54,751 nucleotides of DNA, from the IMG/VR virus record IMGVR_UViG_2579779067_000001; one strand, written 5' to 3'. The first letter of the stretch is position 1; each line of letters starts with the position of its first letter. Made by a program: the position numbers and the translations under genes. Of this stretch, positions 18,467-29,560 are shown in pieces. The notes under the pieces are model-generated. The model saw only the letters and a program-made list of their open reading frames with translations, ran no database searches and was not told the DNA's origin. This DNA comes from a virus (taxonomy: Duplodnaviria > Heunggongvirae > Uroviricota > Caudoviricetes).

Positions 18467-18661
18467 ATGACAGTGGTTCTTACAGCTAAGCAGTTTGAAG
18501 ACCTTGCATCCTTCGCGAAGGAAGATAGCCAGCCTCAATACACCATCGCAACCGGAATAATCCTAGAATTCGAAGATGATTGTGAGTTTATCCCCGTTTA
18601 TGCCGGGCTCATCGCTTATTTAGAGTTACTGAATCACGGTGTATTGCAACTCGACCACTAG
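18467..18661 (+). CDS. hypothetical small protein
   Basis: 64-aa ORF with AGAGG SD. Confidence 0.35.
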   Translation: MTVVLTAKQFEDLASFAKEDSQPQYTIATGIILEFEDDCEFIPVYAGLIAYLELLNHGVLQLDH

Positions 18662-18735
18662 CGACATTACGCCAAGTATTCATCAAGTGCCTAGTTTAAT
18701 GTTAAATTATTCCCTCATTCATAAAAGGGAATGTT

Positions 18736-19137
18736 ATGAAAATAGATCACGAGTATTTGAAAGGTCTTTTGGAAGCTTTCGAGGCGTCTGAAGAGCCGCA
18801 TACTGATATAAAGCAGCTGCAGCTGGCTGGGTATGACTACAGCACCGATGAATTTTTATTCCATATGCGTTTATTGGCTGATCGTCAACTAATTGCTAGA
18901 ACAGACGGCAAGTATGGGTTTGGTTTCTCTGAGGCTGCTGATGGAGGATCATGGTTCGTTATACCGTTACGATTAACTTCAAGCGGTCATGACTTCCTTG
19001 AAGCTCTCAGGAATAAAGAGGTTTGGAATTCTCTCAAGACCGGCTTTAAAGATGCAAGCATTGGAACATTAGTTGACGTTTCAAGGCGTTTGCTGGATGG
19101 TTATATTCAGAAAAAAATTGACGACTTAATTGGCTAA
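18736..19137 (+). CDS. hypothetical phage protein (DUF2513-like, tentative)
   Basis: 133-aa ORF; own terminator downstream. Confidence 0.45.
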   Translation: MKIDHEYLKGLLEAFEASEEPHTDIKQLQLAGYDYSTDEFLFHMRLLADRQLIARTDGKYGFGFSEAADGGSWFVIPLRLTSSGHDFLEALRNKEVWNSLKTGFKDASIGTLVDVSRRLLDGYIQKKIDDLIG

Positions 19138-19155
19138 TATTTTATATAACCATCA

Positions 19156-19179
19156 GCCCCGCAATCGCGGGGCTTTTTT
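19156..19179 (+). terminator. rho-independent terminator
   Basis: GCCCCGC-AAT-CGCGGGGC hairpin followed by TTTTTT. Confidence 0.65.
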
Positions 19180-19271
19180 ATTGCCATTATGATGGCAGAT
19201 ACATTGCTATGGCGTAACAGGATTTCAACTATGAACCCAACAGAAGCAGCTACATCACCGAAGGACGGATA

Positions 19272-19622
19272 ATGCCACCACGCACACCAAAAGCCTGCAG
19301 TGTTCGCGGGTGCCGCCATACCACCACTGACCCGTCAGGTTATTGCGAAAGCCACAAAAGCGAAGGCTGGAAGCAATACAAGCCAGGACAATCCCGTCAT
19401 CAGCGCGGCTACGGTTCGAAGTGGGATGTTATCCGCGCGCGTGTGCTGAAGCGTGACAAAGGTTTATGTCAGTTATGTCTGCGTGCCGGTGTGGTGCGTG
19501 AGGCGAAAACCGTTGACCACATCATCCCTAAAGCGCATGGCGGCACTGATGCCGACAGCAATCTGCAGAGCCTGTGCTGGCCGTGTCATAAGGCGAAGAC
19601 GGCCCGTGAACGGTTGAAGTAA
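19272..19622 (+). CDS. HNH endonuclease (terminase-associated)
   Basis: 116 aa; Cys/His motif CQLC...VDHIIP...H...CWPCH; immediately upstream of terminase genes. Confidence 0.8.
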   Translation: MPPRTPKACSVRGCRHTTTDPSGYCESHKSEGWKQYKPGQSRHQRGYGSKWDVIRARVLKRDKGLCQLCLRAGVVREAKTVDHIIPKAHGGTDADSNLQSLCWPCHKAKTARERLK

Positions 19623-19738
19623 GAACCAGTTCCCACTGCCAGAGGGGAGGGGCGGGTCAAATCCCTGCGGCCTGACGTCTTCCGGACTGCCCGCCCCATC
19701 GTTTTTTTATACCCGCGAAAAATGAAATTTAACCAGGA

Positions 19739-20242
19739 GTGCCGCATATGGCTGGAACGGCGGGGCGTTCCGGGCGTCGCCCCAAGCCAACGGCGCGCAA
19801 GGCGCTGGCCGGAAACCCCGGCAAGCGAGCCCTGAATAAAGATGAACCTGTTTTTACGCCCATCAAAGGTGTTGAGCCACCGGAGTGGTTCGCTGAAGAA
19901 GATCTCCCTCTCGCCACGATCATGTGGCAACTGACAACCAAAGAACTCTGCGGTCAGGGCCTGCTGTGCGTGACTGACCTCGCGGTGCTTGAGCGGTGGT
20001 GTGTGGCCTATGAGTTCTGGCGACGTGCCGTGAAAAATATTGCCAGACAGGGCAACACCATCACCGGCGCAATGGGCGGTATGGTCAAAAATCCTGAGCT
20101 GACCGCCAAAAAAGAACAGGAGTCCGAGATGAGCAGTACGGGGGCAATGCTCGGACTCGACCCCAGCAGCCGCCAGCGTCTGATTGGCCTGGCGGGGCAG
20201 AAGAAAGCCACTAACCCGTTTCTGAAAATTATCGAATCATGA
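19739..20242 (+). CDS. terminase small subunit (P27 family)
   Basis: 167 aa; position and N-terminal basic region ([22 protein letters not shown]). Confidence 0.75.
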   Translation: MPHMAGTAGRSGRRPKPTARKALAGNPGKRALNKDEPVFTPIKGVEPPEWFAEEDLPLATIMWQLTTKELCGQGLLCVTDLAVLERWCVAYEFWRRAVKNIARQGNTITGAMGGMVKNPELTAKKEQESEMSSTGAMLGLDPSSRQRLIGLAGQKKATNPFLKIIES

Positions 20243-21972
20243 GCCGGAAATCTTACCCCAACGTAAATGCTGCCAATCAGTATGCCCGGGATGTCGTTCG
20301 CGGAAAGATTGTGGCCTGCCAGTTTGTGATTCAGGCCTGCCAGCGCCATCTTGATGACCTGATGGCGGAAAAAAGTAAGTCGTTTCGTTACCGCTTCGAC
20401 AAGGACCTGGCTGAACGGGCCGCCAAATTTATTCAGCTGTTGCCGCATACCAAGGGTGAGTGGGCATTCAAACGGATGCCCATCACGCTGGAGCCGTGGC
20501 AGCTCTTTGTGATCTGCTGTGCGTTTGGCTGGGTCAATAAAGGTACCCGGCTGCGCCGCTTCCGGGAGGTGTATACCGAAATCCCCCGTAAGAACGGCAA
20601 ATCGGCAATCTCTGCCGGTGTCGCCCTGTATTGTTTTGCCTGTGATAACGAGTTTGGCGCGGAAGTGTATTCCGGTGCCACGACAGAGAAACAGGCGTGG
20701 GAAGTCTTTCGCCCGGCGCGACTGATGTGTAAACGCACACCCATGCTGACGGAAGCGTTCGGGATTGAGGTTAACGCCTCAAACATGAACCGTCCGGAGG
20801 ATGGCGCGCGGTTTGAGCCGCTGATCGGTAACCCCGGTGATGGTTCATCACCCCACTGTGCGGTGGTGGATGAATATCACGAGCATGCCACCGATGCACT
20901 TTACACCACGATGCTTACCGGGATGGGGGCGCGACGTCAGCCACTGATGTGGGCCATCACCACCGCCGGGTACAACATTGAGGGGCCGTGCTACGACAAG
21001 CGGCGGGAAGTTCTCGAGATGCTCAACGGTTCGGTACCCAACGATGAACTGTTCGGGATCATCTATACCGTTGACGAAGGCGATGACTGGACCGACCCGC
21101 AGGTGCTGGAAAAAGCCAATCCAAATATTGGCGTGTCGGTTTATCGCGAATTTTTGTTAAGTCAGCAGCAGCGTGCGAAAAATAACGCCCGTCTGGCAAA
21201 CGTCTTTAAAACAAAACACCTCAATATCTGGGTGTCGGCGCGTTCGGCGTATTTCAACCTGGTGAGCTGGCAGAGCTGCGAGGATAAATCACTGACCCTT
21301 GAGCAGTTCGAGGGGCAGCCGTGCATTCTGGCCTTTGACCTGGCGCGTAAGCTGGATATGAACAGCATGGCGCGACTTTATACCCGAGAGATTGACGGTA
21401 AAACGCATTACTACAGTGTGGCCCCGCGTTTCTGGGTACCGTATGACACGGTGTACAGCGTCGAGAAAAATGAAGATCGACGGACAGCCGAACGCTTTCA
21501 GAAATGGGTGGAAATGGGCGTTCTGACCGTTACCGATGGTGCGGAAGTGGATTATCGCTACATCCTCGAGGAGGCCAAAGCGGCGAACAAAATCAGCCCG
21601 GTCAGTGAGTCACCCATCGACCCCTTCGGGGCGACCGGGTTGTCACATGACCTTGCTGATGAAGACCTGAATCCCGTCACTATCGTCCAGAACTTCACCA
21701 ATATGTCCGACCCGATGAAAGAGCTGGAAGCGGCGATTGAATCGGGACGTTTTCATCATGACGGCAATCCCATCATGACCTGGTGTATCGGCAACGTGGT
21801 CGGCAAAACCATTCCGGGTAACGATGATGTGGTGAAGCCCGTCAAAGAGCAGGCGGAAAACAAAATCGATGGTGCAGTTGCGCTGATTATGGCGGTTGGC
21901 AGAGCCATGCTGTACGAGAAAGAAGACACGCTGTCTGACCACATTGAGTCCTATGGGATCCGCTCGCTTTAA
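20239..21972 (+). CDS. terminase large subunit
   Basis: 577 aa; ATPase and nuclease regions; overlaps small subunit stop. Confidence 0.9.
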   Translation: MSRKSYPNVNAANQYARDVVRGKIVACQFVIQACQRHLDDLMAEKSKSFRYRFDKDLAERAAKFIQLLPHTKGEWAFKRMPITLEPWQLFVICCAFGWVNKGTRLRRFREVYTEIPRKNGKSAISAGVALYCFACDNEFGAEVYSGATTEKQAWEVFRPARLMCKRTPMLTEAFGIEVNASNMNRPEDGARFEPLIGNPGDGSSPHCAVVDEYHEHATDALYTTMLTGMGARRQPLMWAITTAGYNIEGPCYDKRREVLEMLNGSVPNDELFGIIYTVDEGDDWTDPQVLEKANPNIGVSVYREFLLSQQQRAKNNARLANVFKTKHLNIWVSARSAYFNLVSWQSCEDKSLTLEQFEGQPCILAFDLARKLDMNSMARLYTREIDGKTHYYSVAPRFWVPYDTVYSVEKNEDRRTAERFQKWVEMGVLTVTDGAEVDYRYILEEAKAANKISPVSESPIDPFGATGLSHDLADEDLNPVTIVQNFTNMSDPMKELEAAIESGRFHHDGNPIMTWCIGNVVGKTIPGNDDVVKPVKEQAENKIDGAVALIMAVGRAMLYEKEDTLSDHIESYGIRSL

Positions 21973-21983
21973 CTGAGGTAATT

Positions 21984-22166
21984 ATGATCATGCTGATTCT
22001 CGCGCCTCTGGTGGGCGTGCTGGGGGCGCTTTTGCTGGCGTATGGTGCCTGGCTGATTTATCCCCCAGCGGGGTTTGTTGTTGCCGGGGCGTTGTGCCTG
22101 TTCTGGTCGTGGCTGGTGGCGCGATATCTCGACCGTACACAGTCGTCTGCCGGCGGAGGTAAATAG
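21984..22166 (+). CDS. small membrane protein
   Basis: 60-aa ORF with two hydrophobic helices between terminase and portal. Confidence 0.4.
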   Translation: MIMLILAPLVGVLGALLLAYGAWLIYPPAGFVVAGALCLFWSWLVARYLDRTQSSAGGGK

Positions 22167-23407
22167 TGTTCTTTTCGGGATTATTTCAACGAAAAAGTGA
22201 CGCACCGGTGACCACGCCAGCAGAGCTGGCGGATGCTATCGGGTTGTCCTACGACACCTATACCGGAAAGCAGATCAGCAGCCAGCGGGCCATGCGACTG
22301 ACGGCGGTTTTTTCCTGTGTCAGGGTGCTGGCGGAGTCGGTCGGGATGTTGCCCTGCAACCTGTATCACCTGAACGGCAGCCTGAAGCAGAGAGCCACTG
22401 GCGAACGTCTGCATAAGCTGATCTCCACGCATCCCAATGGCTATATGACGCCGCAGGAGTTCTGGGAGCTGGTGGTCACCTGTCTGTGCCTGCGGGGAAA
22501 CTTTTACGCCTACAAAGTGAAAGCATTTGGCGAAGTGGCTGAACTGCTGCCCGTCGATCCCGGCTGTGTGGTACCGAAGCTTAACAGTAGCTGGGAGCCG
22601 GTCTATCAGGTCACATTCCCGGATGGCTCCACGGATGTACTGAGCCAGGAGGATATCTGGCATGTGCGCACGCTGACGCTGGACGGACTGGTGGGGCTGA
22701 ATCCCATCGCCTATGCCCGCGAGGCAATATCGCTGGCGGCAGCGACCGAAGAGCACGGGGCCAGACTGTTCAGCAATGGCGCGGTGACGTCGGGTGTGTT
22801 GCGTACAGAGCAGACGCTGTCAGATCAGGCTTATGAGCGCCTGAAGAAAGATTTTGAGGAGCGTCACACCGGGCTTGGCAATGCTCACCGCCCGATGATC
22901 CTTGAGATGGGGCTGGACTGGAAGTCGATGGCGCTGAACGCCGAGGACAGCCAGTTCCTGGAAACCCGCAGGTTTCAGCTTGAAGAAATCTGTCGTCTGT
23001 TCCGGGTGCCGTTGCACATGGTGCAGAACACCGATCGCGCCACCTTCAACAATATCGAAGAGCTGGGGCTGGGATTTATCAACTATTCACTGGTGCCGTA
23101 TCTGACCCGCATCGAACAGCGGATCAACACCGGACTGGTACGAAAAAGTAAGCAGGGCGTTTATTACGCCAAATTTAACGCCGGGGCGTTACTGCGCGGG
23201 GATATGAAGTCCCGTTTTGAAGCCTACGCCACCGGGATCAACTGGGGAATTTACTCTCCCAATGACTGCCGCGACCTGGAAGATATGAATCCGCGTCCCG
23301 GTGGTGATGTCTATCTCACACCGATGAACATGACCACGAAACCCTCCGATGGCAGTAAAGCCGGTAAGCAGAAGGATAACGCCAATGCAGACGAAACAAC
23401 GTCTTGA
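22166..23407 (+). CDS. portal protein (HK97 family)
   Basis: 413 aa; position after terminase. Confidence 0.85.
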   Translation: MFFSGLFQRKSDAPVTTPAELADAIGLSYDTYTGKQISSQRAMRLTAVFSCVRVLAESVGMLPCNLYHLNGSLKQRATGERLHKLISTHPNGYMTPQEFWELVVTCLCLRGNFYAYKVKAFGEVAELLPVDPGCVVPKLNSSWEPVYQVTFPDGSTDVLSQEDIWHVRTLTLDGLVGLNPIAYAREAISLAAATEEHGARLFSNGAVTSGVLRTEQTLSDQAYERLKKDFEERHTGLGNAHRPMILEMGLDWKSMALNAEDSQFLETRRFQLEEICRLFRVPLHMVQNTDRATFNNIEELGLGFINYSLVPYLTRIEQRINTGLVRKSKQGVYYAKFNAGALLRGDMKSRFEAYATGINWGIYSPNDCRDLEDMNPRPGGDVYLTPMNMTTKPSDGSKAGKQKDNANADETTS

Positions 23408-24035
23408 TGTACCGCTGAGTCTGAAATCTGTCAGTGACTCCGGTGAGTTTGAAGGGTATGGCTCTGTCTTTGGTGTAAAGGACAGCCACGATGATGTGGT
23501 GATGTCCGGGGCATTTGCTGCTTCCCTGCGGGCGTGGAGTGACAGAAAAGCGTTACCTGCACTGCTCTGGCAGCACCGTATGGATGAGCCCATCGGTGTT
23601 TACACCGAAATGAAGGAAGACGATGTCGGGCTTTACGTCAGGGGGCGGTTGCTCATTGATGATGATCCCCTGGCAAAACGCGCACATGCACACATGAAGG
23701 CCGGTTCGCTAACCGGCCTTTCTATTGGGTACGTCCTGAAGGACTGGGAATACGACCGGACGAAAGAAGCCTTTCTGCTGAAAGAAATCGACCTCTGGGA
23801 AGTCAGTCTGGTGACGTTTCCGTCTAACGACGAGGCGCGGATCAGCGACGTCAAGAACGCGCTGGCCCGCGGGGAAATCCCCGAACAGAAAAAAATCGAA
23901 AGAGTCCTGCGTGATGTCGGACTCTCCCGTACCCAGGCCAAAGCATTCATGGCCGGGGGCTATGGCGCACTGTCCCTGCGCGACGCTGAGGATGTGGGCT
24001 CTGCACTGAATGCACTGAAAAATCTGAACTTCTAA
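23385..24035 (+). CDS. prohead protease (HK97 family)
   Basis: internal ATG 23385; position between portal and capsid. Confidence 0.75.
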   Translation: MQTKQRLDVPLSLKSVSDSGEFEGYGSVFGVKDSHDDVVMSGAFAASLRAWSDRKALPALLWQHRMDEPIGVYTEMKEDDVGLYVRGRLLIDDDPLAKRAHAHMKAGSLTGLSIGYVLKDWEYDRTKEAFLLKEIDLWEVSLVTFPSNDEARISDVKNALARGEIPEQKKIERVLRDVGLSRTQAKAFMAGGYGALSLRDAEDVGSALNALKNLNF

Positions 24036-24049
24036 TCAGGAGAAATACG

Positions 24050-25255
24050 ATGGCGGTTGATATTAAAGATGTCGAACAGGTCGCGCAGGAGCTGCAGCAG
24101 AAGTTTGACGACTTCAAAGCAAAGAACGACAAGCGCGTGGATGCGATTGAGCAGGAAAAAGGCAAGCTTGCCGGGCAGGTGGAAACCCTGAACGGGAAAC
24201 TCAGCGAGCTGGAAAATCTCAAAAGCGACCTTGAAAAAGAGCTGCTTGAGCTGAAACGTCCGGCAGGTGGTGCGCAAAATAAACTGGCCACCGAGCATAA
24301 AGAAGCGTTTGTGGGCTTCCTGCGTAAAGGCCGTGAAGACGGTCTGCGCGATCTGGAGCGTAAGGCATTGCAGGTGGGCACCGATGAAGACGGTGGCTAC
24401 GCCGTGCCGGAAGCGCTGGATCGCAACATTCTCAACCTGCTGAAAGATGAAGTGGTGATGCGTCAGGAAGCCACGGTGATCACCGTTGGCGGTTCCGACT
24501 ACAAAAAACTGGTGAATCTGGGCGGCACGGCTTCCGGATGGGTGGGGGAAACGGATACGCGATCCCAGACTGCCACCTCCAGACTGGAGCTGATTGAACC
24601 TCTCATGGGGGAAATCTACGGCAACCCGCAGGCTACCCAGAAAATGCTGGACGATGCCTTCTTCAACGTGGAAGCATGGATCAACAGCGAGCTGGCAACC
24701 GAATTTGCCGAACAGGAAGAAATTGCCTTTACCACCGGCGATGGTACCAAGAAGCCGAAAGGGTTCCTGGCGTATGAATCCACGGATGAAACCGATAAGG
24801 TCCGGGCGTTCGGCAAACTTCAGCATATTGTATCCGGCGACGCGACTGCGGTGACCGCTGATGCCATTATCAAACTGATTTACACGCTGCGAAAGGCACA
24901 CCGCACCGGCGCGAAGTTCATGATGAACAACAACAGCCTGTTTGCCATCCGTTTGCTGAAAGACACCGAGGGTAACTATCTGTGGCGTCCGGGGCTGGAA
25001 CTGGGGCAGCCGTCCTCTCTGGCGGGTTACGGTATCGCTGAAAACGAACAGATGCCGGATATCGCCGCTGATGCGAAAGCCATTGCATTTGGTAACTTCA
25101 AACGGGGTTACACCATCGTTGACCGTATCGGCACCCGCATTCTGCGTGACCCGTACACCAATAAACCGTTTGTCGGTTTTTATACCACCAAGCGCACCGG
25201 CGGGATGCTGGTCGATTCGCAGGCCATCAAACTGCTGAAGATTGCAGCGGCGTAA
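24050..25255 (+). CDS. major capsid protein (HK97 fold)
   Basis: 401 aa; N-terminal coiled-coil delta domain then capsid core; follows protease. Confidence 0.9.
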   Translation: MAVDIKDVEQVAQELQQKFDDFKAKNDKRVDAIEQEKGKLAGQVETLNGKLSELENLKSDLEKELLELKRPAGGAQNKLATEHKEAFVGFLRKGREDGLRDLERKALQVGTDEDGGYAVPEALDRNILNLLKDEVVMRQEATVITVGGSDYKKLVNLGGTASGWVGETDTRSQTATSRLELIEPLMGEIYGNPQATQKMLDDAFFNVEAWINSELATEFAEQEEIAFTTGDGTKKPKGFLAYESTDETDKVRAFGKLQHIVSGDATAVTADAIIKLIYTLRKAHRTGAKFMMNNNSLFAIRLLKDTEGNYLWRPGLELGQPSSLAGYGIAENEQMPDIAADAKAIAFGNFKRGYTIVDRIGTRILRDPYTNKPFVGFYTTKRTGGMLVDSQAIKLLKIAAA

Positions 25256-25304
25256 TCATTCAGGGGCGCGGAACCGCGCCCCCTGTTCTGACGGATGAAG
25301 AATC

Positions 25305-25505
25305 ATGATCCTGAAACAAGATCTGAAATGGTCACCGGACGGTATGCGTGTTGAGGTCATTCGGGCCGGTGAGTATGACGACGGGGCGCTGCCTGCCCGG
25401 GTGCAGGAGATTGCACTTCAGGCCGGGTTAGCAGAGCGCGGAACCAGTGCAAAAAGCAGTAAAGCGGCAAAAGAGAAAAAAGCCACGACCAGTAAAGAGG
25501 GCTGA
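25305..25505 (+). CDS. hypothetical small protein
   Basis: 66-aa ORF after capsid gene. Confidence 0.35.
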   Translation: MILKQDLKWSPDGMRVEVIRAGEYDDGALPARVQEIALQAGLAERGTSAKSSKAAKEKKATTSKEG

Positions 25506-25507
25506 GT

Positions 25508-25831
25508 ATGCTTCTGACAATGGAAGAGATTAAAGCCCAACTCCGGCTGGATGAGGATTTCGATACTGATGACCGTCATCTGCAACTGCTGGCCTGTGCG
25601 GCGCAAAAGCGGACGGAAACGTATCTGAACCGGAAGCTCTATGCACCGGATGAAAACATTCCGGACAGCGATCCGGACGGACTACACCTGCCGGATGATA
25701 TTCGTCTGGGGATGCTGATGCTTATCAGCCATTTTTACGAAAACCGCTCGTCGGTTACGGAAGTGGAGAAACTCGACATGCCGCAGAGTTTTGGCTGGCT
25801 TGTCAGCCCGTACAGGTACTTTCCGCAATGA
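25508..25831 (+). CDS. head-tail connector (gp6-like)
   Basis: 107 aa; typical N-terminus MLLTMEEIKAQLRLDEDFDTDD. Confidence 0.7.
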   Translation: MLLTMEEIKAQLRLDEDFDTDDRHLQLLACAAQKRTETYLNRKLYAPDENIPDSDPDGLHLPDDIRLGMLMLISHFYENRSSVTEVEKLDMPQSFGWLVSPYRYFPQ

Positions 25832-26238
25832 AAATTCGTCAGGCGCAGACCAGCGCAACCTACATCCTGCCGGACCCCGGCGAACTGAATAAACGCGTCC
25901 TGATCCGCCAGCGGGTGGATATGCCCGCGGATAACTTTGGCGTGGAGCCTCAATACCCGGTTGCGTTCCGGGCATGGGCGAAGGTTATCCAGACCAGTGC
26001 CACCACCTGGCAGGAAACCGCGCAGACCGGAGACGCCATCACCCATTACATCACCATTCGCTACCGCCGGGGGATCACTGCTGATTATGAGGTGGTCTGT
26101 GGTGACAGTGTGTACCGCGTGAAACGTCAGCGTGATCTGAACGGAGCGCGGCGCTTTCTGCTGCTGGAGTGTACGGAGCTGGGCGAATTTACGCAGAGTC
26201 ACGGAGGCAACAATGGCGACTTCCTTTTTGCACGTTGA
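25828..26238 (+). CDS. head-tail adaptor / head closure protein
   Basis: 136 aa; position and size. Confidence 0.65.
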   Translation: MKIRQAQTSATYILPDPGELNKRVLIRQRVDMPADNFGVEPQYPVAFRAWAKVIQTSATTWQETAQTGDAITHYITIRYRRGITADYEVVCGDSVYRVKRQRDLNGARRFLLLECTELGEFTQSHGGNNGDFLFAR

Positions 26239-26719
26239 TTTTCAGCAGCCCGCGGAGATGCGCTTTAACCGCGCCCGTGTCCGGCGGGCGTTTGTCACGA
26301 TTGGTCAGCGTCATATGCGTGATGCCCGTCGGCTGGTGATGCGCCGTGCGCGGTCGGCACCGGGTGAAAACCCCGGTTATCAGACCGGACGCCTGGCTCG
26401 TTCGATTGGTTACATGGTACCCAGAGCCAGTAAACATCGCCCTGGTTTTATGGCACGTATAGCCCCTAACCAGCGTAATGGAGAGGGAAACCGCCGTATC
26501 ACCGGTGATTTTTATCCGGCTTTTTTGTTCTATGGCGTGAGGCGAGGGGCAAAGCGTCGTCGCAGCCATCATCGTGGTGCATCCGGTGGCAGCGGCTGGC
26601 GACTGGCTCCACGTAATAACTTCATGGTGGAAACTCTTGAAAAGAACCGCAGCTGGACACGCTATTTTCTGGCGCGGGAATTGCGTAAATCACTGAAGCC
26701 GGAGCGACGACACAGATGA
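26213..26719 (+). CDS. tail component (HK97 gp10-like), basic
   Basis: 168-aa Arg-rich ORF; position. Confidence 0.5.
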   Translation: MATSFLHVDFQQPAEMRFNRARVRRAFVTIGQRHMRDARRLVMRRARSAPGENPGYQTGRLARSIGYMVPRASKHRPGFMARIAPNQRNGEGNRRITGDFYPAFLFYGVRRGAKRRRSHHRGASGGSGWRLAPRNNFMVETLEKNRSWTRYFLARELRKSLKPERRHR

Positions 26720-27276
26720 AACTGACGCCTGTTATTGCTGCACTGCGTGCCCGCTGTCCGTATTTTGAAAACCGGGTTGCAGGCGCGGCCCAGTTCAAAA
26801 ATCTGCCGGAGGTCGGAAAGCTGAAACTCCCGGCGGCATATGTTGTACCGGGTGATGATTCTCCGGGAGAAAACAAAAGCCAGACCGACTACTGGCAGGA
26901 GCTGAAAGAGGGTTTCTCCGTGGTTGTCATACTGAGTAACGGGCGTGATGAGCGCGGTCAGTTTGCCTCGTATGATGTGGTGGACGATGTCCGGCAGATG
27001 CTCTTTAAGGCTCTGCTGGGCTGGAACCCGGAGGCGTGCGGTAACCCGATTACCTATGACGGCGGCACGCTGCTGGATCTGAATCGTCATGAGCTGATTT
27101 ATCAGTTCGATTTTTCGGTCATCAGCGAGCTGACTGAAGACGATACCCGCCAGCAGGATGATCTGAACAGTCTGGATGAACTGCAAACGCTGGCGATTGA
27201 TGTTGATTATCTCGAGCCCGGTAACGGGCCTGACGGCGATATCGAACATCACACCGAAATAACCCTTCCTTCCTGA
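26716..27276 (+). CDS. tail terminator / tail completion protein
   Basis: 186 aa; precedes sheath. Confidence 0.5.
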   Translation: MKLTPVIAALRARCPYFENRVAGAAQFKNLPEVGKLKLPAAYVVPGDDSPGENKSQTDYWQELKEGFSVVVILSNGRDERGQFASYDVVDDVRQMLFKALLGWNPEACGNPITYDGGTLLDLNRHELIYQFDFSVISELTEDDTRQQDDLNSLDELQTLAIDVDYLEPGNGPDGDIEHHTEITLPS

Positions 27277-27284
27277 GGATCCTC

Positions 27285-27455
27285 ATGTTTGTCAAACCTG
27301 TTAAAGGGCGGTCAGTTCCTGACCCTGCCCGCGGCGACCTTTTGCCCGCCGAAGGGCGAAATGTTGACGAGAACAACTACTGGCTGCGCCGTGAAGCAGC
27401 GGGTGATATCCGGCGCGTGAATAAAAAGGTGAATACCGATGACGATAAGCTTTAA
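27285..27455 (+). CDS. small conserved Mu-like tail-region protein (about 56 aa)
   Basis: ATG 27285 to TAA 27453-27455; overlaps sheath start; below track cutoff. Confidence 0.4.
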   Translation: MFVKPVKGRSVPDPARGDLLPAEGRNVDENNYWLRREAAGDIRRVNKKVNTDDDKL

Positions 27456-28935
27456 CACCATTCCGTCGAATACGCTGGTTCCGTTGTTTTATGCGGAAAT
27501 GGATAACCAGGCGGCGAATACTGCACAGGACAGCGGAGCATCGCTGCTGATTGGTCATGCCAATAACGGTGCAGAGATTGTTGCCAACAGTCTGGTACTG
27601 ATGCCGTCGGCAGACTATGCACGCCAGATTTGTGGTGCGGGAAGTCAGCTGGCGCGTATGGTCGAGGCTTATCGCCAGACTGACCCGTTTGGCGAGCTGT
27701 ATGTGATTGCCGTTCCTGAATCCACAGGCGCGGCGGCAACGGTTACGCTGACGGTGACCGGGGCGGCAACCGAAACCGGCACGGTGAATGTGTATGTGGG
27801 ACGTACCCGCGTGCAGGCACCGGTGACTAACGGCGATAACGTCACGATGATTGCCAGCAGTATCCAGGATGCCATCAATGCCGTTCCGACCCTGCCGTTT
27901 ACGGCTTCATCTTCGGCAGGCGTGGTCACACTGGCCGCGCGTCATAAGGGGCTTTGCGGGAATGAAATTCCTGTCAGCCTCAATTACTACGGCTTTGGTG
28001 GGGGCGAAGTGCTGCCAGCGGGCGTACAGATTGCCGTGGCGACGGGTACCGCCGGAACGGGTGCTCCGGTTCTCACCGGCGCGGTAGCTGCAATGGCGGA
28101 TGAGCCGTTTGATTATATCGGCCTGCCGTTCAACGACACGGCCTCCGTTAACACGCTGGTGACCGAGATGAACGATACCAGCGGTCGCTGGAGCTATGCG
28201 CGTCAGCTGTATGGTCATGTGTATACGGCAAAGATCGGCACGCTGTCAGAACTGGTGACCGCAGGTGACCAGTTTAACCAGCAGCACATTACCCTGGCGG
28301 GGTACGAAAAAGACACCCAGACGCCTGCCGACGAGTTGGCGGCAAGCCGTACCGCCCGCGCAGCGGTGTTTATCCGCAACGATCCGGCACGTCCCACGCA
28401 GACCGGTGAGCTGGTGGGTATGCTGCCTGCGCCGAAGGGGAAACGGTTCACGATGACCGAACAACAGACCCTGCTGTCTCATGGCGTGGCAACGGCGTAT
28501 GTCGAAAGCGGGGTACTGCGCATTCAGCGTGATGTCACCACGTACAGGAAAAACGCTTACGGGGTTGCGGATAACAGCTACCTCGACAGCGAGACGCTGC
28601 ATACCAGCGCGTATGTACTGCGCAAACTGAAATCCGTCATTACCAGTAAGTACGGGCGTCACAAGCTTGCCAGTGACGGTACCCGCTTTGGTCCCGGTCA
28701 GGCGATTGTCACCCCGGCGGTGATCAAAGGGGAACTGCTGGCAACCTACCGTCAGCTCGAGCGTGCGGGGATCGTGGAAAACTACGAACTGTTCAAGCAG
28801 TACCTGGTTGTGGAGCGTGATGCCAGCGATCCGAACCGCCTGAACACGCTGTTCCCGCCTGACTATGTTAACCAGTTGCGTGTCTTTGCCGTGGTTAACC
28901 AGTTCCGTCTTCAGTATTCAGAGGAGTCTGCATAA
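27439..28935 (+). CDS. tail sheath protein (Mu gpL-like)
   Basis: 498 aa; order sheath-tube-chaperone-tape measure. Confidence 0.85.
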   Translation: MTISFNTIPSNTLVPLFYAEMDNQAANTAQDSGASLLIGHANNGAEIVANSLVLMPSADYARQICGAGSQLARMVEAYRQTDPFGELYVIAVPESTGAAATVTLTVTGAATETGTVNVYVGRTRVQAPVTNGDNVTMIASSIQDAINAVPTLPFTASSSAGVVTLAARHKGLCGNEIPVSLNYYGFGGGEVLPAGVQIAVATGTAGTGAPVLTGAVAAMADEPFDYIGLPFNDTASVNTLVTEMNDTSGRWSYARQLYGHVYTAKIGTLSELVTAGDQFNQQHITLAGYEKDTQTPADELAASRTARAAVFIRNDPARPTQTGELVGMLPAPKGKRFTMTEQQTLLSHGVATAYVESGVLRIQRDVTTYRKNAYGVADNSYLDSETLHTSAYVLRKLKSVITSKYGRHKLASDGTRFGPGQAIVTPAVIKGELLATYRQLERAGIVENYELFKQYLVVERDASDPNRLNTLFPPDYVNQLRVFAVVNQFRLQYSEESA

Positions 28936-29291
28936 TGGCCCGTATCGGGGGAACCTGTTATTTCAAAATTGACGGTCAGCAGCTATCGCTGACCGGTGGC
29001 ATTGAGGTGCCCATGAACAGGACGGTCAATGATGACATCATCGGCCTGGACGGTTCAGTGGACCGCAAGGAAACTCACCGTGCGCCTTATGTCAAAGGGA
29101 CCTTCAAGGTGCCGAAGAATTTTCCGGTGGGCAAAATCACCTCGTCTGATGAGATGACAATCACTGCCGAGCTGGCGAACGGTCAGGTCTATGTACTGTC
29201 GTCTGCCTGGCTGCACGGCGAAGCGAACCATAATGCCGAAGAAGGCACGGTTGATCTTGAGTTCCACGGTGAAGAAGGGGATTACCAGTAA
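28935..29291 (+). CDS. tail tube protein
   Basis: 118 aa after sheath. Confidence 0.8.
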   Translation: MARIGGTCYFKIDGQQLSLTGGIEVPMNRTVNDDIIGLDGSVDRKETHRAPYVKGTFKVPKNFPVGKITSSDEMTITAELANGQVYVLSSAWLHGEANHNAEEGTVDLEFHGEEGDYQ

Positions 29292-29560
29292 TGAAAGAGC
29301 TTGAGTTAAAGAAACCGATTACTGCGCATGGCGAGACACTCTCCGTACTGGAGTTTGATGAGCCCACCGGGAAGGATGTCCGCGAGCTGGGGTATCCCTA
29401 CCAGATGAATCAGGATGAGTCCGTCAGACTTCTGGCGCATGTGGTGTCGAAATACATTGTGCGGCTGGCGAAAGTGCCGCAAAGCTCTGTCGACCAGATG
29501 TCTCCGGCAGACCTGAATGCAGCGGCGTGGCTTGTGGCCGGTTTTTTCCTCCAGGCCTGA
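29291..29560 (+). CDS. tail assembly chaperone (frame 0 product)
   Basis: 89 aa; overlapping -1 frame ORF 29527..29709 with slippery site. Confidence 0.7.
   Translation: MKELELKKPITAHGETLSVLEFDEPTGKDVRELGYPYQMNQDESVRLLAHVVSKYIVRLAKVPQSSVDQMSPADLNAAAWLVAGFFLQA
29542..29548 (+). other. programmed -1 ribosomal frameshift slippery heptamer T_TTT_TTC
   Basis: in-frame GGT TTT TTC at the end of chaperone ORF; -1 frame continues to 29709. Confidence 0.65.

Noticed and set aside
19623-19738. GC-rich inverted repeat upstream of terminase as the cos site of the large prophage
   Set aside because: Cannot distinguish cos from a terminator-like structure without knowing the cohesive end sequence; not asserted as a feature.
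23633-24901. Long minus-strand ORFs antisense to the protease and major capsid genes
   Set aside because: Sense-strand genes are full-length and in canonical order; antisense frames are typical of high-GC coding DNA.
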